From positions 3,968,001-4,032,000 of the forward strand of contig OZ244042.1 in NCBI GenBank assembly GCA_965215015.1: a stretch of 64,000 nucleotides of DNA, in the 5' to 3' direction. Below, in pieces: positions 19,095-28,427 of this stretch. The notes below the pieces were generated by a model. It saw nothing but the letters and a program-made list of their open reading frames with translations, was not told where the DNA came from and did not search any database. Origin of the DNA: Candidatus Poribacteria bacterium. Its GTDB lineage: Bacteria > Poribacteria > WGA-4E > PCPOR2b. The translations under genes and the position numbers were made by a program. Positions within the stretch are counted from its first letter, which is position 1. Every line of letters begins with the position of its first letter.

Positions 19095-19353
19095 AAATGT
19101 GTGAAATGTGATGCGTAAACGCTCACAGGTTTATTAGTATGCCGTAATCCACATACCCGTACGGGCATCTTACCCAATCCTAAGATCCAGCGAGATTAAC
19201 TCGTAGAGAGCGGAGATCTCCGCTCCATTTTTTCCAAAGCCCCGGGGACTGCATCCAAAATCTATCAAGGTTGGTTCAACTTATCAAATGTCAACACGCC
19301 CTAATTATTGAAAGACCATCAATTTTGTTGTAGGGGCGGAGTTTCCCCGCCCG
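19095..19353. repeat. Short tandem repeats, two REPs and a MITE end
   Basis: gtgtgaaatgtgatgcgtaaac (also ~2727), REPs 19203-19226 and 19330-19353, aaatgtcaacacgcccta (also ~33532 and ~55332). Confidence 0.6.
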
Positions 19354-19504
19354 TCAAGTGCTCTACCTTTCGTCCCAGTTTTGAATTCTGAAGATACCCA
19401 CACCGTCGCGTGATAATATTGGCTCAGTTCATCAGAAATTGTAACGCAACCCCCTTTTCCTTATCTGAAACGATGTTCTGCAGAAGCTAAGCTGCGGTTA
19501 AATC

Positions 19505-20551
19505 TCACTCAACAACCCACGTATCGCCCTCATTGAGTAAGGCCTCCAGATCGCCTTCGCCTATCCGCTCTTTAGCGGTGTCGATTTGGTCCGTCATCAT
19601 ACCTTCGTAACAAGGTTGTTCAACGCTACGAAAGATACCAATCGGATGGGGCAAGCCTGGGACTTCAGTCATACGGCTGAGGAAGTAAGCCAATGTCCGA
19701 TCTTCGGCAAATTGATCGTGGGTAATCAGATCTTCGGCACTGCGAGCACTATCGGTCAAAGAAACAACCTCCGGTTTAAATCCGTTTAAGGAGATACCCT
19801 TGTCAGCGTCTTTTCCAAAGACTAGCGGTTCACCATGTTCTAAAAATACCGTATTATCAGCTTTCGTTTCCTTTTCGGTGTACGTAAAGAATGCACCGTC
19901 ATTGTATACATTACAGTTCTGATAGATTTCGACAAACGAGGTGCCTTTATGCTCGAACGCTGCCTTGATAACACCCCGCAGATGCTCTGGGTCTCTGTCG
20001 AGAGAACGGGCAACGAAGGTCGCCCCTGAAGCAAGTGCAAGGCTAATCGGATTGAAGGGATTATCGATTGAACCCATCGGTGTTGAGTAGGTTTTTTTGC
20101 CTTGCTCGGAAGTCGGGGAATATTGTCCTTTCGTCAGTCCATAGATACGATTGTTGAACAACAGCATATTGATGTCAAAATTACGGCGCATCAAGTGAAT
20201 AAAGTGATTGCCCCCAATTGACAATGCATCGCCGTCGCCGGTAATCACCCAGACGGAGAGGTCGGGGTTAGCAGCTTTGACTCCCGCAGCAATGGTTGGG
20301 GCGCGGCCATGAATGGTATGAAAGCCGTAAGTATTCATATAATATGGGAACCGACTTGAGCAGCCAATCCCGGAGATAAAGACGAAATCCTCCTTGGGGA
20401 TGCCCAGGTCCGGCAAAATCCGTTGGGTTTGAGCAAGAATTGAGTAATCCCCGCACCCCGGGCACCAACGGACATCCTGATCAGAGGTAAAATCTTTTTT
20501 AGTTAGTGTCGGAACAGCACCCGGCATTGGAATGGAGGTCTTGGTTTTCAT
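19505..20551 (-). CDS. korB: 2-oxoacid:ferredoxin oxidoreductase beta subunit
   Basis: WCPGCG, SGIGCS, HTIHGR, GDGD, NNRIYGLTKGQYSPT. Confidence 0.95.
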   Translation of the reverse strand: MKTKTSIPMPGAVPTLTKKDFTSDQDVRWCPGCGDYSILAQTQRILPDLGIPKEDFVFISGIGCSSRFPYYMNTYGFHTIHGRAPTIAAGVKAANPDLSVWVITGDGDALSIGGNHFIHLMRRNFDINMLLFNNRIYGLTKGQYSPTSEQGKKTYSTPMGSIDNPFNPISLALASGATFVARSLDRDPEHLRGVIKAAFEHKGTSFVEIYQNCNVYNDGAFFTYTEKETKADNTVFLEHGEPLVFGKDADKGISLNGFKPEVVSLTDSARSAEDLITHDQFAEDRTLAYFLSRMTEVPGLPHPIGIFRSVEQPCYEGMMTDQIDTAKERIGEGDLEALLNEGDTWVVE

Positions 20552-22386
20552 AGATCACCTCTTAGCAATTCATTGATTTTAGATTCAACTTCAAATATGT
20601 GGAACGGTTGTCCTTGGATTTTATTGAGCCCGACGGCATCTATCAAATACTCTGCGCTGATTAGGAGGCGCAACTGCCCTAGGTTCAACTCAGGAATGAG
20701 CACCCTTTTGAATCCTTTCATAACGTCGCCGAGATCTTTCGGAAGGGGGTTGAGATAGCGCAGATGGACATGCGAGACTGATTCACCTTCCGCTTGTTTA
20801 TGTTCAACTGCTGTTCTGACTGCACCGTAGGTTCCGCCCCAACTCAACACAAGGAGCTCAGCCCTTGATTCACCAAAAATTTCTGTGGTTGGGATATCGT
20901 CCACGATGCGAGCGACCTTTTCCGCTCTAAGATGAACCATCTGCTCATGGTTGTCCGGGTCATAACTGACATTCCCTGAGATGTCCGCTTTCTCCAAACC
21001 GCCAATCCGATGTTCCAGACCGGGGGTGCCCGGGATTGCCCACGGACGCGCTAATGTTGTCTCATCCCGCAGATAGGGTTCAAATCCATTGGTGTCGGTT
21101 GGAAAATCCACATCAATTGCTGGCAAATCCGATACCTTCGGAATAAGCCAGGGTTCGGCACCGAAGGCAATATAAAGATCTGACATGAAAATTACCGGCG
21201 TCATGTATTTGATAGCAATTCGACAGGCTTCATAAACGGTTTGAAAACAATCGGATGGGCGCGAAGCAGCAATCACAGGGAGCGGCGACTCACCGTTTCG
21301 ACCATAAAACATTTGCAAGAGATCTGCCTGTTCGGTTTTTGTGGGCATGCCTGTCGAAGGTCCGGCTCTTTGAATATTGCAAACAACCATTGGCAATTCG
21401 GCGATCATAGCGAGGTTGATTGCTTCCGATTTGAGGGCAATGCCGGGACCGCTACTTCCAGTGGCCCCTAGGGCTCCACTAAACGCTGCACCAATAGCAA
21501 CGCCTACCGCCGCAATCTCGTCTTCCATCTGCATCGTTTTGACTCCGAAGTTCCTATATCTTGCCAATTCGTGGAGAATGGTACTTGCAGGTGTAATCGG
21601 GTAACTGCCGTAAACTAACTGTAATCCGGACTTTTGAGAAGCGGCAACCAATCCGAGTGCTGTGGCCATATTCCCCTCGATGTTACGATATTTCCCCAAT
21701 GCAAACTTGGCGGGCTTGATTTCATAAGAGGTCGCAAACTGCTCCGTGGCTTCGCAATAAATATTGCCAGCCTTCAAGGCGAGGGTGTTGGATTCGATGT
21801 ATTGTGGTTTTGTAGCAAATTTCTCTTTGAGCCATTGAAAGGCGTAGTCCATCGGACGGTTATACATCCAACATACCATCCCAAGCGCGTAGAAGTTCTT
21901 GCACCGATCGACCTCGCGTTGCGTGAGATCCGTGTCTTTCAACGCTTCTCTTGTGAGGCGGGTCAGTTCTACTGGGAATACCTGAAACTGCGTCAACGAA
22001 CCGTCTTCAAGGGGGTTACTATTATATCCGGCCAATCTGAGGTTGCGTCGCGCAAAATTATCTGTGTCGACGATAAGAATCCCATTCGGTTTGAGCTTAT
22101 CAATGTTGACCTTTAATGCCGCTGGATTCATCGCTACGAGCACATCACAGATATCACCGGGCGTATGAATCGTCAAGCTGGAAAAACGGAGTTGGAATCC
22201 TGAGATCCCAGCCAACGAACCCGCGGGGGCCCGAATCTCCGCAGGGTAATCTGGCAAGGTCGCAACATCATTCCCTGCGATTGCGGAAGCCTCGGTCATT
22301 TGCGTTCCAATTATCTGCGAGCCACCGCCAGAGTCGCTCGCAAACATAATTGTCGCCTCCTCTATCAATTGTTTCTGTTTTTTCAT
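20548..22386 (-). CDS. korA: 2-oxoacid:ferredoxin oxidoreductase alpha subunit (gamma-alpha fusion)
   Basis: PAEIRAPAG, YPITPAS, EDEIAA, SGPG, QRAGPSTGMPTKTEQ, ELNLGQ. Start ATG 22386 with AGGA upstream. Confidence 0.95.
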   Translation of the reverse strand: MKKQKQLIEEATIMFASDSGGGSQIIGTQMTEASAIAGNDVATLPDYPAEIRAPAGSLAGISGFQLRFSSLTIHTPGDICDVLVAMNPAALKVNIDKLKPNGILIVDTDNFARRNLRLAGYNSNPLEDGSLTQFQVFPVELTRLTREALKDTDLTQREVDRCKNFYALGMVCWMYNRPMDYAFQWLKEKFATKPQYIESNTLALKAGNIYCEATEQFATSYEIKPAKFALGKYRNIEGNMATALGLVAASQKSGLQLVYGSYPITPASTILHELARYRNFGVKTMQMEDEIAAVGVAIGAAFSGALGATGSSGPGIALKSEAINLAMIAELPMVVCNIQRAGPSTGMPTKTEQADLLQMFYGRNGESPLPVIAASRPSDCFQTVYEACRIAIKYMTPVIFMSDLYIAFGAEPWLIPKVSDLPAIDVDFPTDTNGFEPYLRDETTLARPWAIPGTPGLEHRIGGLEKADISGNVSYDPDNHEQMVHLRAEKVARIVDDIPTTEIFGESRAELLVLSWGGTYGAVRTAVEHKQAEGESVSHVHLRYLNPLPKDLGDVMKGFKRVLIPELNLGQLRLLISAEYLIDAVGLNKIQGQPFHIFEVESKINELLRGDL

Positions 22387-22433
22387 CCATCTATCCTTCT
22401 TTCTATTTAAACCTGTCTTCCCACAAACAGGAC

Positions 22434-22976
22434 TCACGCTCCTTCACGGGCTTTCATCGCGTCATTACTCGGTTTCGGCGGCAGAGTTAACACTTCCTGC
22501 GGAAAATGTTCGACAAGATAAGAGATAATGTGGCGAATTGACACGATGCCAACCGGCTGGTTTTGTTCATTTACGATGGGGATATGGCGGTAACCGCCTT
22601 TCGCCATATACAGTATCGCCGTATCAAGGGAATCCCCTACATGTGCGGTCTGCGGGTCGGCTTTCATAAATTGCTCGATAGGAATTTGGGTCAAATCGCC
22701 TGCCGGCTTGTTCAGAATTTTCAGAAGCACATCTCGCTCACCGAAAATCCCTTTGAGAATTCCGTCGGATACAATGAGGATGGCACCGACCTTATTGTCG
22801 AGCATTCGATCAATTGCTTCTTGTGTACTCGCTCCTTTGTCAACCGTGACAGGGGAGTGCATTAAAGAGTGAAGCGGAACATGAATTTCGTGAGGACTCA
22901 AGGTTTTTGATGGCTCATCGGGGGTTTCCTCATCCATGATAGCCAGTTCTTCTTCAACGATTTCTTGGTAAAGCAC
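22434..22976 (-). CDS. CBS-pair protein
   Basis: VGAILIV...GIFGERD; GYRHIPIV...GIVSIRH. Confidence 0.88.
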   Translation of the reverse strand: MLYQEIVEEELAIMDEETPDEPSKTLSPHEIHVPLHSLMHSPVTVDKGASTQEAIDRMLDNKVGAILIVSDGILKGIFGERDVLLKILNKPAGDLTQIPIEQFMKADPQTAHVGDSLDTAILYMAKGGYRHIPIVNEQNQPVGIVSIRHIISYLVEHFPQEVLTLPPKPSNDAMKAREGA

Positions 22977-22979
22977 GGT

Positions 22980-23420
22980 TCATCCCTCCTTATCTTCCTC
23001 CAAAAACGCAGCGACATAATTCGCAATATCCTTACTTGAGACAATACTAGCGGGATATACACCTTCATCCTCATCAGATTCTCCAACGAGCAGTGGGATA
23101 TGACGAAAGTGACCTAGGTGCATGAGGTTCAAGGCAAATGCCATTGAATCAGTGGGGCGCAACGATTCCGGCGATGGGGTCATGATATCATCTACTTGAA
23201 CCTTGTCGGGGTTTGCCCGCACCTTGGTGATGTGAACAAGTAAATCTCGTTCCGTGATGATGCCAGTGAGCTGGCCCTGTTCATCAACGACTAACACACA
23301 CCCAAATCGCCCTTTCTGCATCAAGTCGATAACCTCTGAAATAGGTGTGCCCGTCTCTACAGTGCAAGGTTGATTGAGGTTTAGTATGCTAATCGGTAAA
23401 GATAAAGTTTGCGCGTCCAT
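22980..23420 (-). CDS. CBS-pair protein
   Basis: FGCVLVV...GIITERD; MTPSP; HFRHIPL. Confidence 0.9.
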   Translation of the reverse strand: MDAQTLSLPISILNLNQPCTVETGTPISEVIDLMQKGRFGCVLVVDEQGQLTGIITERDLLVHITKVRANPDKVQVDDIMTPSPESLRPTDSMAFALNLMHLGHFRHIPLLVGESDEDEGVYPASIVSSKDIANYVAAFLEEDKEG

Positions 23421-23599
23421 GGCGGTCTCCTTTCAATCAACGTCTGAATCAATTATATTCCTTTTGCAAAATTGGTTAAATGGATTAGCGGCAATAGTGT
23501 GAAAATGGTAGCATACACCTCGGCATTTTGCAAGTTGAAATGAGGCAAAATGCTTCGAGAGTTGTAAGAGCTCATGGGTTCATTAGTTCATTGCACCCT

Positions 23600-23824
23600 G
23601 ACGAGTGGGGATTCCCTGCTGTTAGGGTGTCGAATGGTGCGATTAACACCCCAGCGAACCGCAGTCCGTCTGACAATCGTTTCACAGTGGGCAACGCCCT
23701 GCCCACTCGCCTGTAGGGGCTACCGGTGAGATCGAACCCATGACAACACGCTCCCGTCGAAGCGTGGGAAAACCGTTGCGGATTTTACACCCCCCCACCG
23801 TTTTCAGTCGATCGGCCGTTCCTT
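23600..23824 (-). ncRNA. Candidate structured ncRNA (~220 nt) inside the IS605-type element
   Basis: Directly downstream of a canonical promoter. Helices ACGGTGGG/CCCACTGT, CACGCTTC-gacg-GGAGCGTG, AGTGGGCA/TGCCCACT, GGGTGT/ACACCC. No ORF >=60 aa on this strand. Confidence 0.45.
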
Positions 23825-23830
23825 AAAACA

Positions 23831-23859
23831 GTTATACTATATTTTACGTACAAATTCAA
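23831..23859 (-). promoter_or_regulatory. sigma70 promoter
   Basis: TTGAAT-N17-TATAAC. Confidence 0.6.
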
Positions 23860-24445
23860 CCGTTTTTATATATTAACGGACTTCGACTGACTACATCTCC
23901 AGCCTAAAGGCATAAGGTCTTGTTAGCAAGATTCGATAAGAAAAGGGATGAACGGATTGTTCATTTACCCCCGGTTTTTGCAGGAGTAAGAGTTGAGGGT
24001 ATTGTAAGCGTAAGCAGTCTAAAAGAGGTTACGGATGCGGTGATGGAAATGGTAAATTTTATTAAGAGATGTTTGGCAGTTTCATCGTTTTTTGAGAAAA
24101 TGCCAAAATTTGGTAGAGGGGAAAAAGATTGAAAACTCGCGCTGGGACTGGTTTCTGGGCGATAGGGGCAGGGAGGGTCTCAGAACTTACTATGAAATTT
24201 CATGCTTTCTAAAGGACGGATGAAAATAGTAGCGGTGCAACAAAGGAAGACTTCACTTCAGGACGCGCTCCGTGGAAATCTTGCGAAAAAGGGTACGCGG
24301 AACTATATTCGGATTTAGAGGAGTTGTTTAAAGTGAAGTGATTGGACTTGGGTTTATCAATTAGAAGTGTTTAATTTTAAAAACACTGTAATATATTTGC
24401 TGTTGTTTGGTAAATCAATTCTCATGCTTGCTCCCTTTTCAGCTT

Positions 24446-24656
24446 AGGGGAGTTACATTTGTTATAGAGATTAGGCAATTGACCAACCAGCACCTGGGGT
24501 TAGTCGTTGTCGTGGTGCAGAGCCCCGATGGATTGGAATTTCTGCTGCACTGCAACCTGCCCTTAATAAAACCAGGGTATCCTTAGCTGCGGGGAGCACA
24601 GGTTAGGATACCTGTAGCTACCATTGCCTAACTCCTATGACGGATGCGGTTGCCCT
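24446..24656 (+). mobile_element. MITE family A, copy 1
   Basis: Colinear with 26425-26627 and 55655-55784; imperfect TIRs AGGGxAxTxCAT...ATGCGxTTGCCCT; internal REP cacaggttagga..ctgt.gctac. Confidence 0.65.
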
Positions 24657-24684
24657 GGAGGGGATAAAGTTCTTCAACTTGGCT

Positions 24685-24713
24685 TTGACAACTGATACGA
24701 TATATGATAAAGT
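24685..24713 (+). promoter_or_regulatory. sigma70 promoter
   Basis: TTGACA-N17-TAAAGT with extended -10 TG. Confidence 0.6.
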
Positions 24714-24810
24714 GTCTAAAATAACTCGCTCACAATTATACTTGTCGTGTGTGCATCTCAGATAGCAAGCCCATATAGTTTTGATTGGAATCATAGGAGA
24801 ATAAAACATA

Positions 24811-26370
24811 ATGATCAAGATGACCGGCGGTCAGGCACTGGCAAAATCGCTGTACCGAGAAGGGGTAAGGGTCGTTTTTGGATTGCCCGGTGCTGGACAG
24901 TATGAAGCGATCGATGGCATTTACGAGGAACCGGAGATTTGCTATTTTACTACCCGGCACGAACAGGCAACCACTCACATGGCGGACGGATATGCCCGTG
25001 TCAGTGGAAACATTGCAGCGGCGTTGGTAATTCCGGGGGCGGGTGTGTTTAACGCCTCCACCGGTGTCGCCACAGCTCACGCTGTATCTTCGCCGATACT
25101 GATGGTGACAGGCAGACATGACCAAGGCAGTAACGATGAGATGGATTCGATACGACAAATCACCAAGTGGGCAGCGCGGGCAACGAGTCCTGCCGACGTG
25201 CCTGTGGTCCTCCATGAAGCATTCCGCCAGTTGAAAACCGGCCGTCCACGTCCCGTCTATATTGAGGTTCCACATGAGGTGCTGGCAGCGGAGGAGGAGG
25301 TCAAATTGCTTGAGTCGGAGTCGTATGATCCGCCCGTAAGTGATTCGGAGCGGATTTTACAGGCGGCGCACCTTCTTGCAAAAGCGCAACGTCCCGCTAT
25401 CTGGGCTGGAACCGGTGTGCAGCGTTCAGAGGCTTCGCAGGCACTCCAAGCGTTGGCGGAGCACCTTCAGGCACCAGTGGTGACAGGGCGTGAAAGCAAA
25501 GGGGTAATATCAGACCATCACCCGCTTTCTCTCGGCATGGGTGAACTTCGCTTTGACCCTCTCCGAAAATGGCTCGCACAACGGGATGTCATTCTCGCTG
25601 TGGGAACGACATCCCGGTTTGATGCGATCAACGATAAACAGCAGCTTATCCGTATTGATATAGATGAGGTGGAGATAGAGCGTACAACCCATAACTGCGT
25701 TGGTATTTTGGGAGATGCGCGATGTTGTTTGGAAGATATTTATCGTATCGTCTCAACCTCAACACCTGCGCGTCCAAGCTGTGCAGAAGAGGTACGCGCT
25801 ATCAACGCCGCACGGTTTGATCCAAAGATTCAACTTCAACCTCAATGGGGATTTATGCAGGCAATTCGTGCGGCGATTCCCGACAACAGTATTTTCGTTC
25901 AAGGCATGAATCAGATTGGATACTATAGTCGTAACTACTATCCGGTGTATGAACCGAGGAGTTACCTTATTTCGGCGGGCAACCTCGGCGTAGCTTTTCC
26001 CGTCGCACTTGGAGCGAAAATAGCGAAGCCGGATAAGGCGGTGGTGGTCGCCTCCGGTGATGGTGGCTTTCTCTACAACTCTCAGGAGTTAGCGACCGCC
26101 GTTCAGTACGGGATCAATGTAGTGGTGATTGTGTTTAACGACAACGCTTACGGAAACGTTCTCCGCGCCCAAATCGAACAGTTTGACGGGCATGTGTTGG
26201 GAACACAACTATATAACCCGGACTTTGTCAAGTTGGCTGAAGCGTATGGGGTGCGGGGTGTCAGAGCGCACGATGCCGAGCAATTGGAATCAGCATTGCG
26301 TGAGGGACTGGCGGCTGATGCACCAGTAGTCATCGAGGTGCCTGTCGGTAGGATGGATCGGCAATATTAG
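24811..26370 (+). CDS. Thiamine pyrophosphate-dependent enzyme (acetolactate synthase large subunit-like)
   Basis: VFGLPG, RHEQ, MADGYAR, GRPRPV, GDGGF...NDNAYG. Confidence 0.92.
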   Translation: MIKMTGGQALAKSLYREGVRVVFGLPGAGQYEAIDGIYEEPEICYFTTRHEQATTHMADGYARVSGNIAAALVIPGAGVFNASTGVATAHAVSSPILMVTGRHDQGSNDEMDSIRQITKWAARATSPADVPVVLHEAFRQLKTGRPRPVYIEVPHEVLAAEEEVKLLESESYDPPVSDSERILQAAHLLAKAQRPAIWAGTGVQRSEASQALQALAEHLQAPVVTGRESKGVISDHHPLSLGMGELRFDPLRKWLAQRDVILAVGTTSRFDAINDKQQLIRIDIDEVEIERTTHNCVGILGDARCCLEDIYRIVSTSTPARPSCAEEVRAINAARFDPKIQLQPQWGFMQAIRAAIPDNSIFVQGMNQIGYYSRNYYPVYEPRSYLISAGNLGVAFPVALGAKIAKPDKAVVVASGDGGFLYNSQELATAVQYGINVVVIVFNDNAYGNVLRAQIEQFDGHVLGTQLYNPDFVKLAEAYGVRGVRAHDAEQLESALREGLAADAPVVIEVPVGRMDRQY

Positions 26371-26424
26371 ATTGTGTTAGCATACGCAGATGTTAAACGT
26401 TGAGTCATGTGGTTTTTCGTTTTT

Positions 26425-26627
26425 AGAGGAATTGCATCTGTTATGGAAATTAGGCAATTGGACAATCAGCAACTGGGGCTAACCACTGTCGCGGTGCAAA
26501 GGCTAGCCTCGATGAAATCGGGGTATCCTTAACTGGGGGGAGCACAGGTTAGGAAAGCTGTGGCTACGAGTAGATTGCCACTGTGCTATGCCAAGGGCTT
26601 ACACAATAATTTACATGCGATTGCCCT
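26425..26627 (+). mobile_element. MITE family A, copy 2
   Basis: agaggaattgcatctg...tacatgcgattgccct; same orientation as copy 1. Confidence 0.65.
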
Positions 26628-26787
26628 ATTTTCATTTTTTCGTTGGCTTCATTATTAAAAATGCTTTATAATACACTAGACAGCGTTGAGGCACATCCAG
26701 CAAAATAATTTCCCCAACGCCTGATGTGGCAGAACAGGCAAAAATTTAACTTGTTGGGAAAGCCTAAGAAGAAAAGGAGGATTTGCT

Positions 26788-27219
26788 ATGAGTACCTTAC
26801 TTCATGTGGGGATACGCGCTTCCAACCTTGACCGCTCAATCCGTTTCTGGCGGGATGGTCTGGGATTGAAGGTCGCCAAGCGGCGCGGAAACCGCTATGA
26901 CCTTACAGATGGCTATCATAACTTCGCTGTATTCCAACACCAAGGTGAGGAACGTCCAGCACATTTAGGCGGAATGCTGGATTACCTGCACATCGGTGTC
27001 GGCGTGCCTGATGTCGCTGCGGCGGCGAAACGCTTACGGGAGATGGGATACGAAATTTTCTCTGACGGTCTAGGCGGTAAAGAGCCGCTGGACCCGGATA
27101 ATCTCCAAGAGCTTGCCTTTAAGGTGGAGGACCCAGACGGGATTACCGTTGATGTCAATGGAACCGATACAAATTGGCCCGGTACGACGCTGCATCCGAG
27201 AGTGAAGCGTGAAACGTGA
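26788..27219 (+). CDS. VOC/glyoxalase family protein
   Basis: LLHVGIRASNLDRSIRFW, HIGVGV, DPDG; AAGGAGG RBS. Confidence 0.88.
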   Translation: MSTLLHVGIRASNLDRSIRFWRDGLGLKVAKRRGNRYDLTDGYHNFAVFQHQGEERPAHLGGMLDYLHIGVGVPDVAAAAKRLREMGYEIFSDGLGGKEPLDPDNLQELAFKVEDPDGITVDVNGTDTNWPGTTLHPRVKRET

Positions 27220-27263
27220 AAACAGGTGGTTCACAGGTTCATCGATGAACTTATAAACTCATG
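27201..27263. repeat. Composite short repeat (CGTGAAA 7-mers followed by GTTCAT/ATGAAC 8-mers)
   Basis: Similar to 51103-51163; partial copies near 2676-2750, 7173, 11968, 19098, 23572, 39816 and 55412. Confidence 0.6.
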
Positions 27264-27355
27264 TTTGAACTCTTGAACAATATGGCAACGATAGCCTCAC
27301 AACTCGCCCCAAAGGTTGAGAACGGGTGAGAGTTATCCCAAATAGGATATGAAAA

Positions 27356-28288
27356 ATGACTGATTATCGCTTCAAGCTCGGTATGTACCTTCCTGAATTG
27401 CGTCTGCCCTTTGATGAAGCATTGGCAAAAGCAAAGGATATTGGCGCAGAGTATGTTTGGTTTAATAGTCTATCTGATGAACTGCCAATCTCTGAGATGA
27501 GCGATGCGGAAGTAGATCGCATGGGAGAGCGCGTCGCCTGGCACGATTTAGAGATTTTTCTGATAGGTGCCAGTAACCCTTTCAAGCAGATCCATCTAAC
27601 TGATTTGGGTCTGGACACGCTGGAGACGCATCCGGCATTTCACAAGGAGTTTGATAACTTCAAGCGTTCCCTGCAGGTCGCCCGTCGTTTGGGAATAGGT
27701 GCGGTGAATATCTTCACATTCGCTTGGCCCGGCGAGTACAGTGCGGGTAAGCCGACTTGGCCCATGCGTTGGCGGACGCGGGGTGGTGTCATTGCTGATA
27801 TTGACATGGAGAAGTTAGTAAAGGCATTCTCGATGGTCGCAGAGGAGGCAGAGCGATGCGATATTGATGTCGCTCTCAGCATGATGCCCTGGAATTACAC
27901 CAATACGACCGTCAATTTCCGTCGTGTCGCCGAAGCCGTCGGTTCAAAACGGCTTAAAGTGATGTGGGGTCCCGCAGACAACACGAACTGTGGTGAATCG
28001 GATACGGCAACCGCTGGCTTCGACAATGTGCGCCCCTATTTGCATGGCCTTCACTTAAAAGATTTGCGTGTAATCGATGGATTGCACCTCAATTTTGAGT
28101 ACTGTCCTCTCGGTGAGGGCGATGTTGATTACCTTACGGTGTTACGCAATTTGCGCGATAACCGCTGTGATGTAGTCCTGTCCGTTGCAACACATTTCCA
28201 GCCGCCCAGTGGTTCCGCTGAAGAAGCAATGTGCATCAATTACGCGAATCTCAAGGCACTCATCCACAAGGTTGAAGCTGAAGGATAG
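27356..28288 (+). CDS. Sugar phosphate isomerase/epimerase (xylose isomerase-like TIM barrel)
   Basis: LHLKD, PLGEGDVDY; several usual metal-binding Glu/Asp positions look divergent. Confidence 0.8.
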   Translation: MTDYRFKLGMYLPELRLPFDEALAKAKDIGAEYVWFNSLSDELPISEMSDAEVDRMGERVAWHDLEIFLIGASNPFKQIHLTDLGLDTLETHPAFHKEFDNFKRSLQVARRLGIGAVNIFTFAWPGEYSAGKPTWPMRWRTRGGVIADIDMEKLVKAFSMVAEEAERCDIDVALSMMPWNYTNTTVNFRRVAEAVGSKRLKVMWGPADNTNCGESDTATAGFDNVRPYLHGLHLKDLRVIDGLHLNFEYCPLGEGDVDYLTVLRNLRDNRCDVVLSVATHFQPPSGSAEEAMCINYANLKALIHKVEAEG

Positions 28289-28290
28289 GC

Positions 28291-28378
28291 GGGCAACCAC
28301 GAGGGTTGCCCCTACAGTAAGATCTGTGATGTGCAATTGGGTGTGACCGTCGGAACGCGCAATGAATTGCGCTACTAC
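28291..28378. repeat. Two REP palindromes ending CTAC
   Basis: gggcaaccacgagggttgcccctac and aacgcgcaatgaattgcgctactac. Confidence 0.7.
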
Positions 28379-28427
28379 AAACTAAAGCCGCGTGACGTTT
28401 CAGTGATAACTACCGGGGGATAGTGGG

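Larger units (their letters stand above)
23595..23939 (-). mobile_element. Non-autonomous, ORF-less IS200/IS605-type element
   Basis: Left-end-like ttatc...agaccttatgcctttaggctggagatgta (23939-23892), internal promoter, structured RNA, then gggaatcccc (partial right end, overwritten by another repeat). Confidence 0.55.

Noticed and set aside
23715-23779. tRNA-like fold (gggttcgatctc T-arm, 5/7 acceptor pairs)
   Set aside because: No D-arm, 6-nt T-loop and no CCA; the opposite strand begins gtaggggc like the local REPs.
23600-23824. Cobalamin riboswitch or group I intron (IStron)
   Set aside because: ggtgtaaaatccgc is only superficially similar; I could not find the AGGGAA/B12-box or the P7 R/S elements.
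23920-24420. Purine-rich stretch with a 70-aa ORF
   Set aside because: Starts inside the IS end and has no recognisable motif; possibly a decayed gene, but I cannot assign it.
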